Part shown: in pieces, positions 43,317-63,437 of the stretch | How the letters are laid out: every line of letters begins with the position of its first letter | How positions within the stretch are numbered: the stretch's first letter is position 1 | Assembly (NCBI RefSeq): GCF_009914755.1 | Contig: NC_060935.1 | Direction: 5' to 3' (one strand) | Origin: the human T2T-CHM13v2.0 reference genome, Homo sapiens | DNA length: 64,000 nt | Made by a program: the position numbers and the translations under genes | Notes under the pieces: generated by a model | The model's input: only the letters and a program-made list of their open reading frames with translations | What the model was told of the DNA's origin: nothing | The model's database searches: none

Positions 43317-43727
43317 TGCCCAGGCTTGATTCACAGCTCAAGGAGGCCTGCCTGCCTCTGTAGGCTCCACCTCTGGGGGCAGGGCATAGACAAACAAAAA
43401 GACAGCAGTAACCTCTGCAGACTTAAATGTCCCTGTCTGACAGCTTTGAAGAGAGCAGTGGCTCTCCCAGCACGCAGCTGGAGATCTGAGAACCGGCAGA
43501 CTGCCTCCTCAAATGGGTTCCTGACCCCTGACCCCCGAGCAGCCTAACTGGGAGGCACCCCCCAGCAGGAGCACACTGACACCTCACACTGCAGGGTATT
43601 CCAACAGACCTGCAGCTGAGGGTCCTGTCTGTTAGAAGGAAAACTAACAAACAGAAAGGACATCCACACCAAAAACCCATCTGTACATCACCATCATCAA
43701 AGACCAAAAGTAGATAAAACCACAAAG

Positions 43728-44739
43728 ATGGGGAAAAAACAGAACAGAAAAACTGGAAACTCTAAAACACAGAGCGTCTCTCCTCCTCCAAAGGAACGCA
43801 GTTCCTCACCAGCAACGGAACAAAGCTGGATGGAGAATGACTTTGACGAACTGAGAGAAGAAGGCTTCAGACGATCAAATTACTCTGAGCTACGGGAGGA
43901 CATTCAAACCAAAGGCAAAGAAGTGGAAAACTTTGAAAAAAATTTAGAAGAATGTATAACTAGAATAACCAATACAGAGAAGTGCTTAAAGGAGCTGATG
44001 GAGCTGAAAACCAAGGCTCGAGAACTACGTGAAGAATGCAGAAGCCTCAGGAGCCGATGCGATCAACTGGAAGAAAGGGTATCAGCAATGGAAGATGAAA
44101 TGAATGAAATGAAGCGAGAAGGGTAGTTTAGAGAAAAACGAATAAAAAGAATTGAGCAAAGCCTCCAAGAAATATGGGACTATGTGAAAAGACCAAATCT
44201 ACGTCTGATTGGTGTACCTGAAAGTGATGGGGAGAATGGAACCAAGTTGGAAAACACTCTGCAGGATATTATCCAGGAGAACCTCCCCAATCTAGCAAGG
44301 CAGGCCAAAGTTCAGATTCAGGAAATACAGAGAACGCCACAAAGATACTCCTCGAGAAGAGCAACTCCAAGACACATAATTGTCAGATTCACCAAAGTTG
44401 AAACGAAGGAAAAAATGTTAAGGGCAGCCAGAGAGAAAGGTCGGGTTACCCTCAAAGGGAAGCCCATCAGACTAACAGCGGATCTCTGGGCAGAAACCCT
44501 ACAAGCCAGAAGAGAGTGGGGGCCAATATTCAACATTCTTAAAGAATTTTCAACCCAGAATTTCATATCCAGCCAAACTAAGCTTCATAAGTGAAGGAGA
44601 AATAAAATACTTTACAGACAAGCAAATGCTGAGACATTTTGTCACCACCAGGCCTGCCCTAAAAGAGCTCCTGAAGGAAGCGCTAAACATGGAAAGGAAC
44701 AACTGGTACCAGCCGCTGCAAAATCATGCCAAAATGTAA
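43728..44739 (+). pseudogene. L1 ORF1, disrupted
   Basis: TAG at 44124-44126 and a short deletion/frameshift near 44546. Confidence 0.92.
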
Positions 44740-44802
44740 AGACCATCGAGACTAGGAAGAAACTGCATCAACTAACGAGCAAAATAACCAGCTAACATCA
44801 TA

Positions 44803-48631
<3,829 letters not shown>

Positions 48632-49666
48632 ACAATGAGATCACATGGACACAGGAAGGGGAATATCACACTCTGGGGACTGTGGTGGGGTGGGGGGAGG
48701 GGGGAGGGATAGCATTGGGAGATATACCTAATGCTAGATGACAAGTTAGTGGGTGCAGCGCACCAGCATGGCACATGTATACATATGTAACTAACCTGCA
48801 CAATGTGCACATGCTCTCTAAAACTTAAAGTATAATAAAAAAAAAAAGAAAATACAAAAAAAAAATCCACACATATATGGAGATTAAATAGCACACTCCT
48901 GAATAACCAGTGGGTCAAAGAAGAAATCAAAAAGACAAATAAAAATTATCTTGAGACAAATGAAGACAAAACAGAATGTAGAAACTCTTGTAGGATGCAG
49001 CCAAAACAGTACTAAAAGGCAATTTTACAGAGACAAAGAAGATCTGGATTAACTTAGCTTTACACCTCAAGGAAATAGAAAAAGAAAAACAAATTAGGCC
49101 CACAGTTAGCAAAAGGAAGAAAATGACAAAGATTGGAGCGAAATATATGAAATAGAAAAAAGGAAAAAATCAACAAAACTAATAATTGGTTTTTAAAAAG
49201 GTAGACAGAACTGACAAACCTTTAGCTACACTAAGAAAAGAATGAAGGAAGTTTCAAATGAGTAAGATTAGAAATAAGGAGAAAACATTATAACTGATTC
49301 CACAGAAATAAAACAGATCCTAAGAGACTACTTTTAACACCAACTATACAATTTGCCCAAACTGAATATAAATAAGCAGAAAATCTGAATTAGTCAATAA
49401 GTAAGAAGATTACACAGTAATCAGAAACTTCCCAACCAATAAAATACCTGGGCTTTACCAAATATTTAGAGAAGAATTAACACCAATCCTTCTCAAACTC
49501 TTCTGAAAATTGAAGAGTGAATACTTCCAAATTCATTTTATGAGGTCAGCATTATCCTGATTCCAGAGCCAGACAAAAACACTGCAAGAAAATATAATTA
49601 CATTCCAATGTCCCTGATGAACATAGATGCAAATATTCTCAACAAATTCCTAGCAAACTAAATTCA

Positions 49667-50050
<384 letters not shown>

Positions 50051-50131
50051 TCAAGGCTGATTCAAAATATACAAATTGATCAATGTGATACAGCAATGTG
50101 ACACAGAATAAAGCATAAAAAAAAAAACAAG

Positions 50132-50440
<309 letters not shown>

Positions 50441-53400
50441 CCCAAATGAATTAAAAAGGAATCATCTCAATAGATGCGGAAAAATCATTTAACAAAATTC
50501 AACACACTTTCATGAGAAAAACTCTCAACAAATTAGCTCTGGAAAAAATTTACTTCAAAGTAGTGAAGGCCATATATTATAAACTCACAACTAATATCAT
50601 ACTAAATGGTGAAAAACTAAAAGCATTTTCTCTAAGATTAGGAACAAGGCAAGGATGTCCATTTTTACCAGTTTTACTCAACATAGTACTGGAAATACTG
50701 AGGAATGAAGGAAGAAAAGAAATAAAGCTGTTAAAATATAAAAGGAAGGAGTAAAATTATCTCTGTAAGCCTATGACATGATCTTGTATGTAGAAGACCA
50801 TTAAGATTCAACCAAAAAGCCATCAGAACTGACAAATGAATTCATTAAATTTGCAGAACACAAAATCATCACATAAATTCAATTGCTTTTCTAGACACTA
50901 ACAATGAACTATCAGAAAAAGAAATTAGGAAAATAATCCCATTTCCAAAAACATCAAAAAGAGTGAAATACATAGGTTTAAATTTAACTAAGAAAGTGAA
51001 AAACTTGTAGACTGAAAATGCAAAACATTGATGAATGAAATTTTAGATGACAAAAACAAATGAAAAGACATCTTGTGTTCATGAATTGGAAGTCTTAATA
51101 TTGTTAAAAATGTCCATCCTACACAAAATGATTTACATATTTAAGGCAATCCCTATCAAAATCCCAATGGAATTCTTCACAGAAATTGAAAAATTTGTCC
51201 CAAAGTTCATATGGAACCATAAAAGACCCCAAACAGCCAAAACAATCTTCAGAAAGAAGGACAAAGCTGGAGGCATCACACTTCATGATTTCAAAATACA
51301 AAGCTACAGTAATTAAAATGGTATGATACTGGCATAAAGACAGACAGAAACCAAAAGAATAGATAGGAATTCCAGATATAAACTCAGGCATATATGCTCA
51401 AATGATCTTTGTGCAGAGTGCCATGACTAGCCAATAGAGGGGAAAAAAACTCTTCAACAAATGATGCTGATAAAACTGAAAAGCTACATGCAAAATAATA
51501 AAATTAGATCCATATATGTTTGAGCTGTTAGATCCCCTTGATGTGGAGGGGCTGACGTACGGGCTCTTCAAGGACAAGACCAAAGGAACTTGGCCTTCAA
51601 CCTAGAGAATATTCTGTTATGTAGCCATAGTTCAGGAACACCATGAGAGTCAGTTGTGCCATGGCAACCTCCCAGTCAATGTGGCAGCTGTGTGTGACAG
51701 GGTCACAAAAAATTTTAGTGTAAGCATCATTGTTCTATTGGAAAGCATACATATTAGTGGATTAAAGTGGGCAATGAGGAAAGGGAAGAATGTGTGTGAG
51801 AGAAATATGTGCCACCACCAAGTATCAAGTGTCCTAGAACAAGTCTATGAGATGTGGAAAGCACAAATAATTTTTAAAAAGTGTATGCTACTCATCATGC
51901 TGAAAATAATATTGCAATTCTATTCTATACACGTTTGTAAACTAAACTGGCAAACCCAGATGATTTCTAAACATAAGTGACCTTAAAACTTGGGCCACTG
52001 AATACAGCCACATTTCAGAAGTGCCACAGATTGCTGCAACCATATTAATCATGTTGATCTGAAGTGCAACTTCAATAATAGTAAAATGTTATAATTTCTT
52101 TTTTTCAAATCACTGAATTTAAAAATGCATGGAATGCTTGGGTGTGTAGAAAATACTTCATTCATAAGCCTTTATATGATCATGTGGGCAGGTTATTTCG
52201 CTGTCCCAATAGATGTGTACATATAATTTCTTTGCCCCAATGGATTCTCAATGTAATTTTCCAAAACAAGTGATTAATTTGTAATTACAGTTGAAGTAAA
52301 TAATATCCCAAATGACCCAAACCTCACTTAAATATGGCCTTGATGTATGATAACAATTCCTTTGAGGCTATCCCCAGTGTTATAATAAATGTATCACGAG
52401 TTTATACTTATTTTTTAGGATTAAGGAATATTTGATTATTTTATCTGTACCAGAAACAGGTTGATTATTTCAAGCAAAAGTTTAGTAATTGAGCATCTAC
52501 TTATTGTGTAAACAGTGCTTGGTGTTTTCCCACGTTGTATATTTTAACACAAGAATCATATGAAGTATGTATTATTATCTTTTTATAGGTAAGGAAACAG
52601 AAGATCATAAAGTTTTTGTAACCTGCCTGTGATTCCATAGACTGTGAGAGGCAGAACTAAAAACTCTGATTCCAGGTTTGCATGGCTGCAAAGTCCATGG
52701 TGTCTCTGCAGGTCACTTTGTCTTCCATGCTGGCAACTGTACTCAACTTTAAAACATTTGTGTCTTTCATGCACTTATTTTCTTTAAAAATATTAAATTC
52801 ATTATCTGGTTTGGGTGTTTGTACATATAAAAAAAGCCAGAATTTAATAATTCAGGCACACAATCCTAGTATTATTTCCACTAGACCATACTGTTGTCAT
52901 GATTCTCATGTAATTTAGATTGAATGAAATTTGATAGAATGTGTTTGGGTAAGAGCATGGTTGCTGATATTTATGTATGTATGTTTTTTAAATTATTCTT
53001 CACATAGGCTTTCTTGAAAAAAAGCAAATTATTCTGAAGAATATGTTGGTCTTTAGATCAGAGTCATGGGAAAGAATGAATATGACTTCTCTATTCTCCC
53101 CTTTCCTTGATCATGTGCTGTATTGTGAACAAAGGGACCATCATTTTGAAATGCCAATTAATCTTCTTTTCAATATGACTTCCTACCTTTTCTATCTGGC
53201 TACTTCTTCCCCTACCTGTTTAACTTTCCCGTCCCCATCAAATACTCCCACACTTCTTATTTCTCTATAGGTGCCTGTTAGAACTGGTGGAACTAAGACG
53301 TACCTAAACATCCCCGAATAGTTCCATTCACTTTCCATTTAATCCTAGCCCATAATGATACCTAGGTTTTTCTTATTGCTTCACACAATCCCATATGTAT

Positions 53401-53667
53401 GACAAGGTATGGTATAGGAGATAAGTCTTTGGATATTTTGCAAAATATCTAGGATGTTTAGCTTTTAACAATAATAAAAATTATTTGACCTCTTCATCTT
53501 AAATGTAGACATCATCTAGCTCTTGTTGTCAATTATTATAACTAAGGATGTTGTTTTTTTACTCTATGAAAAGGAGCAAGTCAGAAAGAAAGAGACGTCA
53601 AAATCAACTTTTAGGCCCAATTAATTGTGTAACTCGAGGCAGCATTTACTGAGATAGAGAGCACTGA

Positions 53668-54035
<368 letters not shown>

Positions 54036-54353
54036 TAATATGTTAACAGTTTATGTTATTTTAATAAATGTTGTTGTAAACATTTTTATGTATCTCCTGT
54101 GCACATGGTGATTAGACTTACTCTAAAGTGTACAAATAGGGGTAAAATAGCTGGATCCCAAGAAAATTGAGTCTTCAGTTTTATTTTATGGAATCTGAAA
54201 GGAAAATTTGTGAGCAAAAAAACTCTATAAGGCAAAGTTACCATTTTAAAAATTGAATAAGATCACATTTAGGCATATACATTAACTGTGGGGTCATTTC
54301 AACCAACTTAATTTCCTCTGGTCTGGTTTTAATAGGCGCTGTTAAACGGATAG

Positions 54354-55276
54354 ATGGAGACTGAAAACAATACAACAGTGACAGAGTTCATTATTTTGGG
54401 ATTAACAGACAATCCTATGCTATGTGCCATTTTCTTCGTGTTTTTTCTAGCAGTTTATATAGTTACTATACCGGGAAATATTAGCATAATCCTCTTAATC
54501 CAAAGCAGCCCACAGCTTCACACGCTAATGTACCTTTTTCTCAGCCATTTGGCTTCTGTGGACATTGGGTATTCCATATCAGTTACGCCAATCATTCTCA
54601 TCAATTTCTTAAGAGAGAAAACGACTATTCCTGTCACAGGCTGTATAGCACAGCTTGGCTCTGATGTCATGTTTGGAACCACAGAGTGCTTCCTGCTGGT
54701 CACTATGTGGCTATCTGCTCTCCCCTGCTTTACTCCATCCAAATGCCCCCAGTCGTCTGCTTCCTCCTACTGGGAGCCTCCTACCTGGGTGGATGCCTGA
54801 ACGCTTCGTCTTTTACAGGCTGTTTGATGAACCTGTCCTTCTGCGGTCCAAATAAAATCAACCACTTTTTCTGTGACCTCTTCCCACTCTTGAAGCTTTC
54901 TTGTGGCCATGTTTACATTGCTGAAATATCCCCTGCCATCTCCTCTGCATCTGTCCTTATCAGCACGCTGTTTACCATAATCGTGTCCTACATCTACATC
55001 CTTCACTCCATCCTGAAGGTGTGCTCTACTGAGGGAAGGAAGAAGGCTTTCTCCACCTGCGCTTCCCACCTCACTGCAGTCACTTTGTTCTATGGGACCA
55101 TTTTGTTTGTTTATGTGATGCCCAAGTCAAGCTATTCAGCGGATCAGGTCAAGGTGGCATTTGTGATCTACACGGTGGTGATTCCCATGCTGAACCCCCT
55201 CATCTACAGTCTCAGGAATAAGGAGGTGAAAGAGGCCATGAGAAAATTGATGGCAAGAACACATTGGTTTTCCTGA
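54354..55276 (+). pseudogene. OR5P4P: Olfactory receptor family 5 (OR5P-like) pseudogene, frameshifting deletion at the end of TM3
   Basis: METENNTTVTEFIILG...TECFLLV joins directly to [10 protein letters not shown] in another frame (MAYDR missing); [10 protein letters not shown] and [15 protein letters not shown] intact. Symbol is from synteny. Confidence 0.87.
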
Positions 55277-55466
55277 ATTAAATCAGTATAATCCATAAAT
55301 AACTAAACCAATGATTTCGGAGACATTTGTCCTTAATATTCTAATTATATTTATCATTGACTGTATCACTTATATAGTGAAGTGCTTGTATAAATATAGA
55401 AAGCCAATGCTTACTTCCATGTACAAAGTTAATTGTGTAATTTATATGGATATCTGCTGGAGTCGA

Positions 55467-55776
55467 TTTTTTTTTTTTTTTTTTTTTTGAGATGGAGTTT
55501 CATTCTGTCACCCAGGCTGGAGTGCAGTGGCGCAATCTCATCTCAGCTCACTGTAACCTCCTCCTCCTGGGTTCAAGCGCTTCTCCTGCCTCAGCCTCCC
55601 TAGTAGCTGGGACTACAGGTGTGCACCACCACATCTGGCTAATTTTTGTACTTTTGGTAGACATGGCGTTTCACCATGTTGGGCAGGCTGGTCTTGAACT
55701 CCTGAGCTCAAGCAATTCACCCACCTTGGGCTTCCCAAAGTGCTAGGATTACAGCATGAACCACTGCACCCAGCCT
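55467..55776 (-). mobile_element. AluS
   Basis: Full dimer with a long T tail. Confidence 0.92.
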
Positions 55777-57839
55777 GGAATCAAATTCAACATGGATTTG
55801 TCAAGGTAAGAATACCTCAGAAAAGAGCTTCTAATAAGATGTCCCCCAATCGCCAATTACAGAGTTCTAATTCAATAGAGACACAAAGAGACATATTTCA
55901 AAGATCAATTTTTTCTAAATCCCATCTTATAAAACGACATCTGGGAGAGGAATTTCCAATAGATGTGTAATCAGTGGTAATGTTGACAAGTCAGGCAGTT
56001 CAGGTTATTTTCTTTAAAGGTACTACTCTGCTGTGGTCCATGGATGTTTAAACTTTCCAAAATGGCAATGTGAGTGTCAAAAAGCTTCTATTTATTTTTC
56101 TTTTATGTAAGCCAGAGCAAAAATTATGATTCCTGTATTTGGCCATTAAGAGATACAAGGCACATAGCACAGAAGAAACTCTGAACAAATCTCAGCTAAC
56201 TCTTTTTATAAATGAAGCCTTAACAGATGAGCAGTAGAGTTGGATTTTGAAAGCAGACATTTCTTTAGATAGTGAGACTTTCTTTGACCAATAGCTTATA
56301 GATAGAAGACATGAAATTATGATCCAGACAAAACATATATCTGCCCCATATTTTAACAGTGTCCCTCAAAAAGGTGTCCATCATCACTGTTTCTTCAACT
56401 GCCCTTTTTGTAGGGGCTCGTGACCCAGTCTGATTAAGGCAATTGTCTCTAAATTGATTCCCTGCCTCCAGTGCTTCTTCCACAACAATTTCTGATTAAC
56501 ATTTTAGTTAATATATTTGCATTATTAGCATAGTAATGATGTCATACAGATCCTGAGACACTAGGGAGGGACTATTCATTTTACAGTCTGACCTTCCATT
56601 TCTGGGTTCCTCACTGACCAGATCAAGGAAATCTTCTCTTCTTCTGTCTGGAAGCCATATTGTGCAATTTCTCTGTTCCTGTTTCCCTGTTTATACCTCT
56701 TTACTTGCATTAATTATAGGCCTATAATCCCCCCAATGCAATAATTCTGGGGTTAACATTAGCATAGACATGCCCCTTTCCAAAGAGAGGGCACTCAAAG
56801 GTGTGACTTCAGTCTGAGAAAGAGCCATCTTAGCATTATGGTGAGAACACTGAACTCTGGTGGTTGAAGGTTTTCATGGACTGTTTCTGGCCAGCCTCCT
56901 CTTCGTCTCACCCTCCGCACTTCACTCTTCACCAGGGTACATCCTCAGATCTCTGTCCTTATCGCCATTCCCCATGGAACCCAAGAGTGACCTCATTTTC
57001 TCCCATGGGGTCAGCTGTCCCCTATGTGGTTAACAGTATCCCTATCTCCAAATGCAACCTTCCTCAGAGGACAGATAGACTTCACTGGCCTTTTCCCTAA
57101 GACCCTCACACTCAGCGTGCTGTGACCAGATTTATCATATTTCTCCCAAAACTGTTTCTTCTCCTCTGTTTCTTTTCTTAATGTGGTCACCTCACAAATG
57201 TCACCTCTTTGTGAGGACTAGTACTCCAACAGACTTGGGGTGGCCCTCACTGTGTACCTGTCTAAATGGTCAGCCTCCCTACCTCCTTCTCCTTCTCTCA
57301 AAAGAAAGATAGGTCACATATTAATCTATCCTCATCTAAGTCTCTTTTGCCTGGAGGCTTAAGTGTTTCCCAACTGATTATGATAAGTCCATGCAGAAAT
57401 TTGTCCTCTGTTCTTCAACTCTAAGGGGCTCAATTAATTCAATCACCCAGACATAGAGGGTATGGCTGCATCTGGAACTGTTACAGTCCTTTTGGGAGAG
57501 GATTGATATTTAAACTCATTTTCCCCTCCCAAGTTCTGAATCAACTGAAGAATGAAAAAAAAGAGAAAGTATATGTGAGAACAAAACATTGCCTGTAGAA
57601 ATGAAAGAGTTGATATTAGAGAATGTGGTTTATGTTCATGGACACATATGTTTTTGTGTTCTGAATCCCAGAATTTGACACTCTTTCTTTCTGTCACTGA
57701 AAATATTGTCTCTGGGAAGACACTCAGGTCTTCCCAATGAGAGTCAGCCTTTACCCATCATCATACAGTATGTCCAAGGGCAGTCAAGAACATTGAGGCA
57801 AGGCTTTCTCCCAAGAGAAAGGAGGAAGAAGGGCTGGGA

Positions 57840-58280
57840 TGCTGTTTGGGAGTGAATTGTGTTCCTCTCAAACTCATATATTGAGCTTTTAATCACCTGT
57901 ATGTCGGAATGTGACTTTATTTTGGAATAGGTTTATTGTAGACATAATTTGTTAAGATGAAGCCATACTGGAGCAGGGTAGGCCCCTAATCCAATATGAC
58001 TAATGTGCTTGTTGAAAGGGAAATTTTGGACTTACGCAACACATAGGGAGGACTGCATGTGAAGATAAAGACAGAGATCTGGGTGATGCTTTTACAAGCC
58101 AAGGAACACCAAAGATTGACAGAAAACCACCAGAAGCTAGGAAAAAGGCCTGGAACAGATTCTCCCTCACACCCTTCAGAAGAAACCAACCCTGTCAATA
58201 CCTTGATCTTGGACTTCCAGCCTCCAGAACTATGAGAATAAATTGATGCTTTCTTATGGTAGCTCTAGAAAATGCATACA
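57840..58280 (+). mobile_element. MLT1B/C solo LTR (MaLR)
   Basis: TGAATTGTGTTCC...CCCTAATCCAATATGACT...GACTTCCAGCCTCCAGAACT...ATACA. Confidence 0.85.
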
Positions 58281-58396
58281 ATTGCATATCTAGTTTTCCC
58301 CTAAAAATTCACCATCAGCTAATTTACTCCTTCCAGGGGAGGAGGGAGTGAAGGCTTGGAAAGATGCCAGGTGTGTTACACTAGGGGATGCCCCTC

Positions 58397-58900
58397 TGTG
58401 ATGGCTAATATTGAGTGTCAACTTTATTGGATCAAAGGATGCAAAGTATTGTTCCTGGGTCTGTCTGTGTGGGTATTGTCAAAGGAGATTAACATTTGAG
58501 TCAGTGGACTGGGAGAGGCAGACCCACCCTCAATCTGGGTGGGCACCATCTAATTAGCTGTTAGTGCAGCTAGAATAAAGCAGGCAGCAGAAGATGGAAG
58601 AGCAGACTTTCTGAGTCTCCCGGCCTTCATCTTTCTCCCGTGCTGGATGCTTCCTGCCCTCAAACATCAAACTCCAAGTTCTTCAGCTTTTGGACTCTTT
58701 GACTTATACCAATGGTTTGCCAGGGGCTCTTGGGCCTTTGGCCACAGACTGAAGCCTGTACTGTGGGCCTCCCTACTTTTGAGGGTTTGGGACTTGGACT
58801 GATACACCACTGGCTTCATTGGTCCTCAACTGGCAGATGGCCTATCGTAGGACTTTACCTTGTGATCATGTGAATCAATTCTCCTTAATAAACTCCCTTT

Positions 58901-58903
<3 letters not shown>
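58397..58903 (+). mobile_element. MLT2A (HERV-L) LTR, 3'-truncated
   Basis: TGTGATGGCTAATATTGAGTGTCAACTT...CAGACCCACCCTCAATCTGGGTGGGCACC...TAATAAACTCCCTTTCAT. Confidence 0.9.
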
Positions 58904-60380
<1,477 letters not shown>

Positions 60381-61383
60381 CTCTAGTGAAAGTATCTTCT
60401 TCCAAAATGTATTTAATTTTCTTCCAGCAGGAAAAAACAGCATTGGATTGATCTCTTCGAGAAAATGGAAATGTCATGCCCACAGAGGTCATTCACATAG
60501 AGAAATAACTTATGTCACTGTATACATTATAACTCCTAAACTTGTATCCTAAGAGAATGGAGGTGGTGTTTCCAATGTGGGTCAGACATTGCACTTTCTT
60601 GGGGATGATATACTACTAGCTTGGTCTTATTTCCAGGTAAGGTGTAGCTCTTTAGGAGTCTCAAATAAAAGCTTGGAGTATTCTTAGTCCCCTCCATCTT
60701 AAATGGTATTTTTATCAAACTCTATCATATCAGCATTTCAAAAGGTTGAAATCTGCTCAGATCTTCAGCCTCCCACAGGCTACTTCCTGCTTAGTGTTTT
60801 GATATTCTGCCAGCCCATGTGCAGCTTAGGAGTAGTTAAACCTCTTAATGGGAAGTTACACATCACATTTCAGACTCACTTCTCTACAGTTTATTCCTCT
60901 GCAGGATCTTGGTCTGTCGAGTCTTAGCTGCCTTGACATCTTTGACCCCCAACCTCTGTGTGCCCATCCTGTCACACTGCCAAAAGCCCCAGCCTCTGGC
61001 TTTTTTCTCTGCCCTAATTCTTCATGATATCATTTGTGAGGATCAAGGAAAGTTTCACTTGCAAAATGACATTTAAGCTGAGACATGAAGAAGATAAGAG
61101 TTAACAGGCCTTTGGGAGTTGGAAGTACAGTTGTAGAAACTTTGGTGGGTGGGGAAAATAGTGATGTGGGAGGCTGACCTAATTATCCTCAGCTCAAAGC
61201 ACAGTGTCTGGTACAGAGTGAGCACTCAACAAATATTTATTTGTTAAATATTAACTCTAATTCAATAAATATTTATGTAATATCTTTCATATTCCTAGCA
61301 CTGGGGTATGAACTAAAGAAATGAAGTTGTATGTGTCACGTACTTTTCTTTTAAGAAGTTCACAGTAATAAAATACATGTTCC

Positions 61384-61960
61384 AACCAGAAATACCATTT
61401 GACCCAGCAATCCCATTACTGGGTATATACCCAAAGGATTATAAATCAATGTACTATAAAGTCATATGCATGCGTATGTTTATTGCAGCACTATTTACAA
61501 TAGTAAAGACTTGGAACCAACCCAAATGCCCATGAATGATAGATTGGATAAAGAAAATGTGGCACACATACCCTGTGGAATACTATGCAGCTGTAAAAAA
61601 AAGTATGAGTTCATGTCCTTCACAGGGATGTGGTTGAAGCTGGAAATCATCATTCTCAGCAAACTAACACAGGAAGAGGAAACCAAACACTGCACGTTCT
61701 CAATCATAAGTGGGAGTTGAACAATGAGAACATATGGACACAGGAAAGGGAACATCACACATCAGGGCCTGTCGGGGGATGGGGGGCAGGGGGGCAAGGG
61801 GAGGGAGAGCATTAGGACAAATACCTAATGCATGTGAGACTTAAAACCTAGATGATGGGTTGATAGGTGCAGCAAACCACCGTGGCACATGTATACCTAT
61901 GTAACAAACCTGCATGTTCTGCACATGTATCCTAGAACTTAAAGTAAAATTAAAAAAAAA
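61384..61960 (+). mobile_element. 5'-truncated L1PA (about PA8-10) 3' end
   Basis: ORF2 end + 3'UTR (CCTAGATGATGGGTTGATAGGTGCAGCAAACCAC) + poly(A); TSD ~AAAATACA(A)TGTT. Confidence 0.9.
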
Positions 61961-62005
61961 TACAATGTTTTCTATTCAAATGGTGTGAACAAAGTGTTAC
62001 ATGTT

Positions 62006-62196
62006 ATGTTTCTTAACAGTAGCTTCCTTGACATTTGGGCAAGAAAATGCTTTGTTGTGTGTGTGTATTGCAAATGTTTAGCATTCCTGGCTCCTGCCCA
62101 TTCAAGGCTGATTGTCTTCTCCAGTCCTAGTGAAAAAAATTCTACCATTTCCAAACAAACCCCTAGGTGGGTTCAATCTCAAATTTGGAATGACTG
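62006..62196. mobile_element. MER20-like hAT-Charlie MITE
   Basis: TTGACATTTGGGCAAG...ATGTTTAGCATTCCTGGC. Confidence 0.5.
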
Positions 62197-62774
62197 TTAG
62201 GGGAATATACAGGAGAGGACAATATTCTACCTGATGAAATCTGGGGAAGTCTTACAGGCCTTTTGGATAATTAATATACATCTATTTGGATGTCTAATTG
62301 GTCAGATCTTTGATTACTCATAAGGTCAAAAATTATGTTCCTCTCAGGCCAGAGGATCAGGTAAATCAGCAGGTATAGGCAGTAAAGACCAGGCTTGGCA
62401 GACTGCATCATATGCAAGGTGCATGTCAGGAAAGATAACCAAGAGTTCTGTTGACCCTTTAAGCTCCAAATACCATCATCCACATAACTCTCAATAGCAA
62501 AGTTTTTTACTAAGATGTACTTCTTTGTCTAGAGAAAATGAAAATAGCAGGCTTATGACCCTCAATTGTATAGCGGATTCTCTGTTTTATGATTCTCCAG
62601 TGGGGCAGGCTTCTCCCTTACCAAGAGTCTGGAATTGTTTTTATATTCTGGGTTTAGTTTCTGGTTTTCTTTTGTATCAGCTTCCTCCATTATCTCTAAG
62701 AATGTCAACCTTTATGTTAAGCTGATGATAAAAGAAGTTTCATTCTTACCTTCTTCTAAAACCAGAAGACCATT

Positions 62775-63075
62775 GGCGAGGCGCGGTGGCTCACACCTGT
62801 AATCCCAGCACTTTGGGAGGCCAAGGCGGGTGGATCACGAGGTCAGGAGATCGAGACCATCCTGGCTAACATGGTGAAACCCCATCTCTACTAAAAATAC
62901 AAAAAATTAGCGGGGTGTGGCGGCACACGCCTGTAGTCGGGAGGCTGAGGCAGGAGAATGGCGTGGACCCGGGAGGCGGAGGTTGCAGTGAGCTGAGATT
63001 CTGACACTGCACTCTAACTTGGGCGACAGAGCGAGACGCTGTCTCAAAAACAACAACAACAACAAAAACAAAACA
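62775..63075 (+). mobile_element. AluY/AluSc-type with small deletion, (AAC)n tail
   Basis: GGATCACGAGGTCAGGAGATCGAGACCATCCTGGCTAAC; GAATGGCGTG. Confidence 0.92.
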
Positions 63076-63437
63076 GGAAAATTATCATATGGGCTATGTA
63101 CCCACAAGACGGTATGCTTCCCACATGGCCATGTCTTGGTGGCTACTAGCCTTGTCCCATTTCTGGTTTGCCGCAATCTCTAGACACTTGGGCCTTGTCT
63201 AGAGGCACACTCACTCGTCAGAAACCCCTAGATGTGTACCATTCAGGCCTAAAAGCAGCAGCCTTAATGGTCCTGACAAGAGTAGGACACAAAAGAATAT
63301 CCATCTCAGCCCTGGCTTCTAGGTACAAAGAGTCTTTTACCACTTGCCTCATGTTCTTGGGTGCTACTATCATAATTTTTATGTTTGAAGTTTACATATT
63401 GAAGCTGAAATATTGAATTCACATATGACTTTATGTA

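Noticed and set aside
51515-51610. GC-richer stretch at the end of the old L1, possibly a processed-pseudogene fragment
   Set aside because: Short, with no recognisable product, poly(A) or TSD; cannot be supported without a search.
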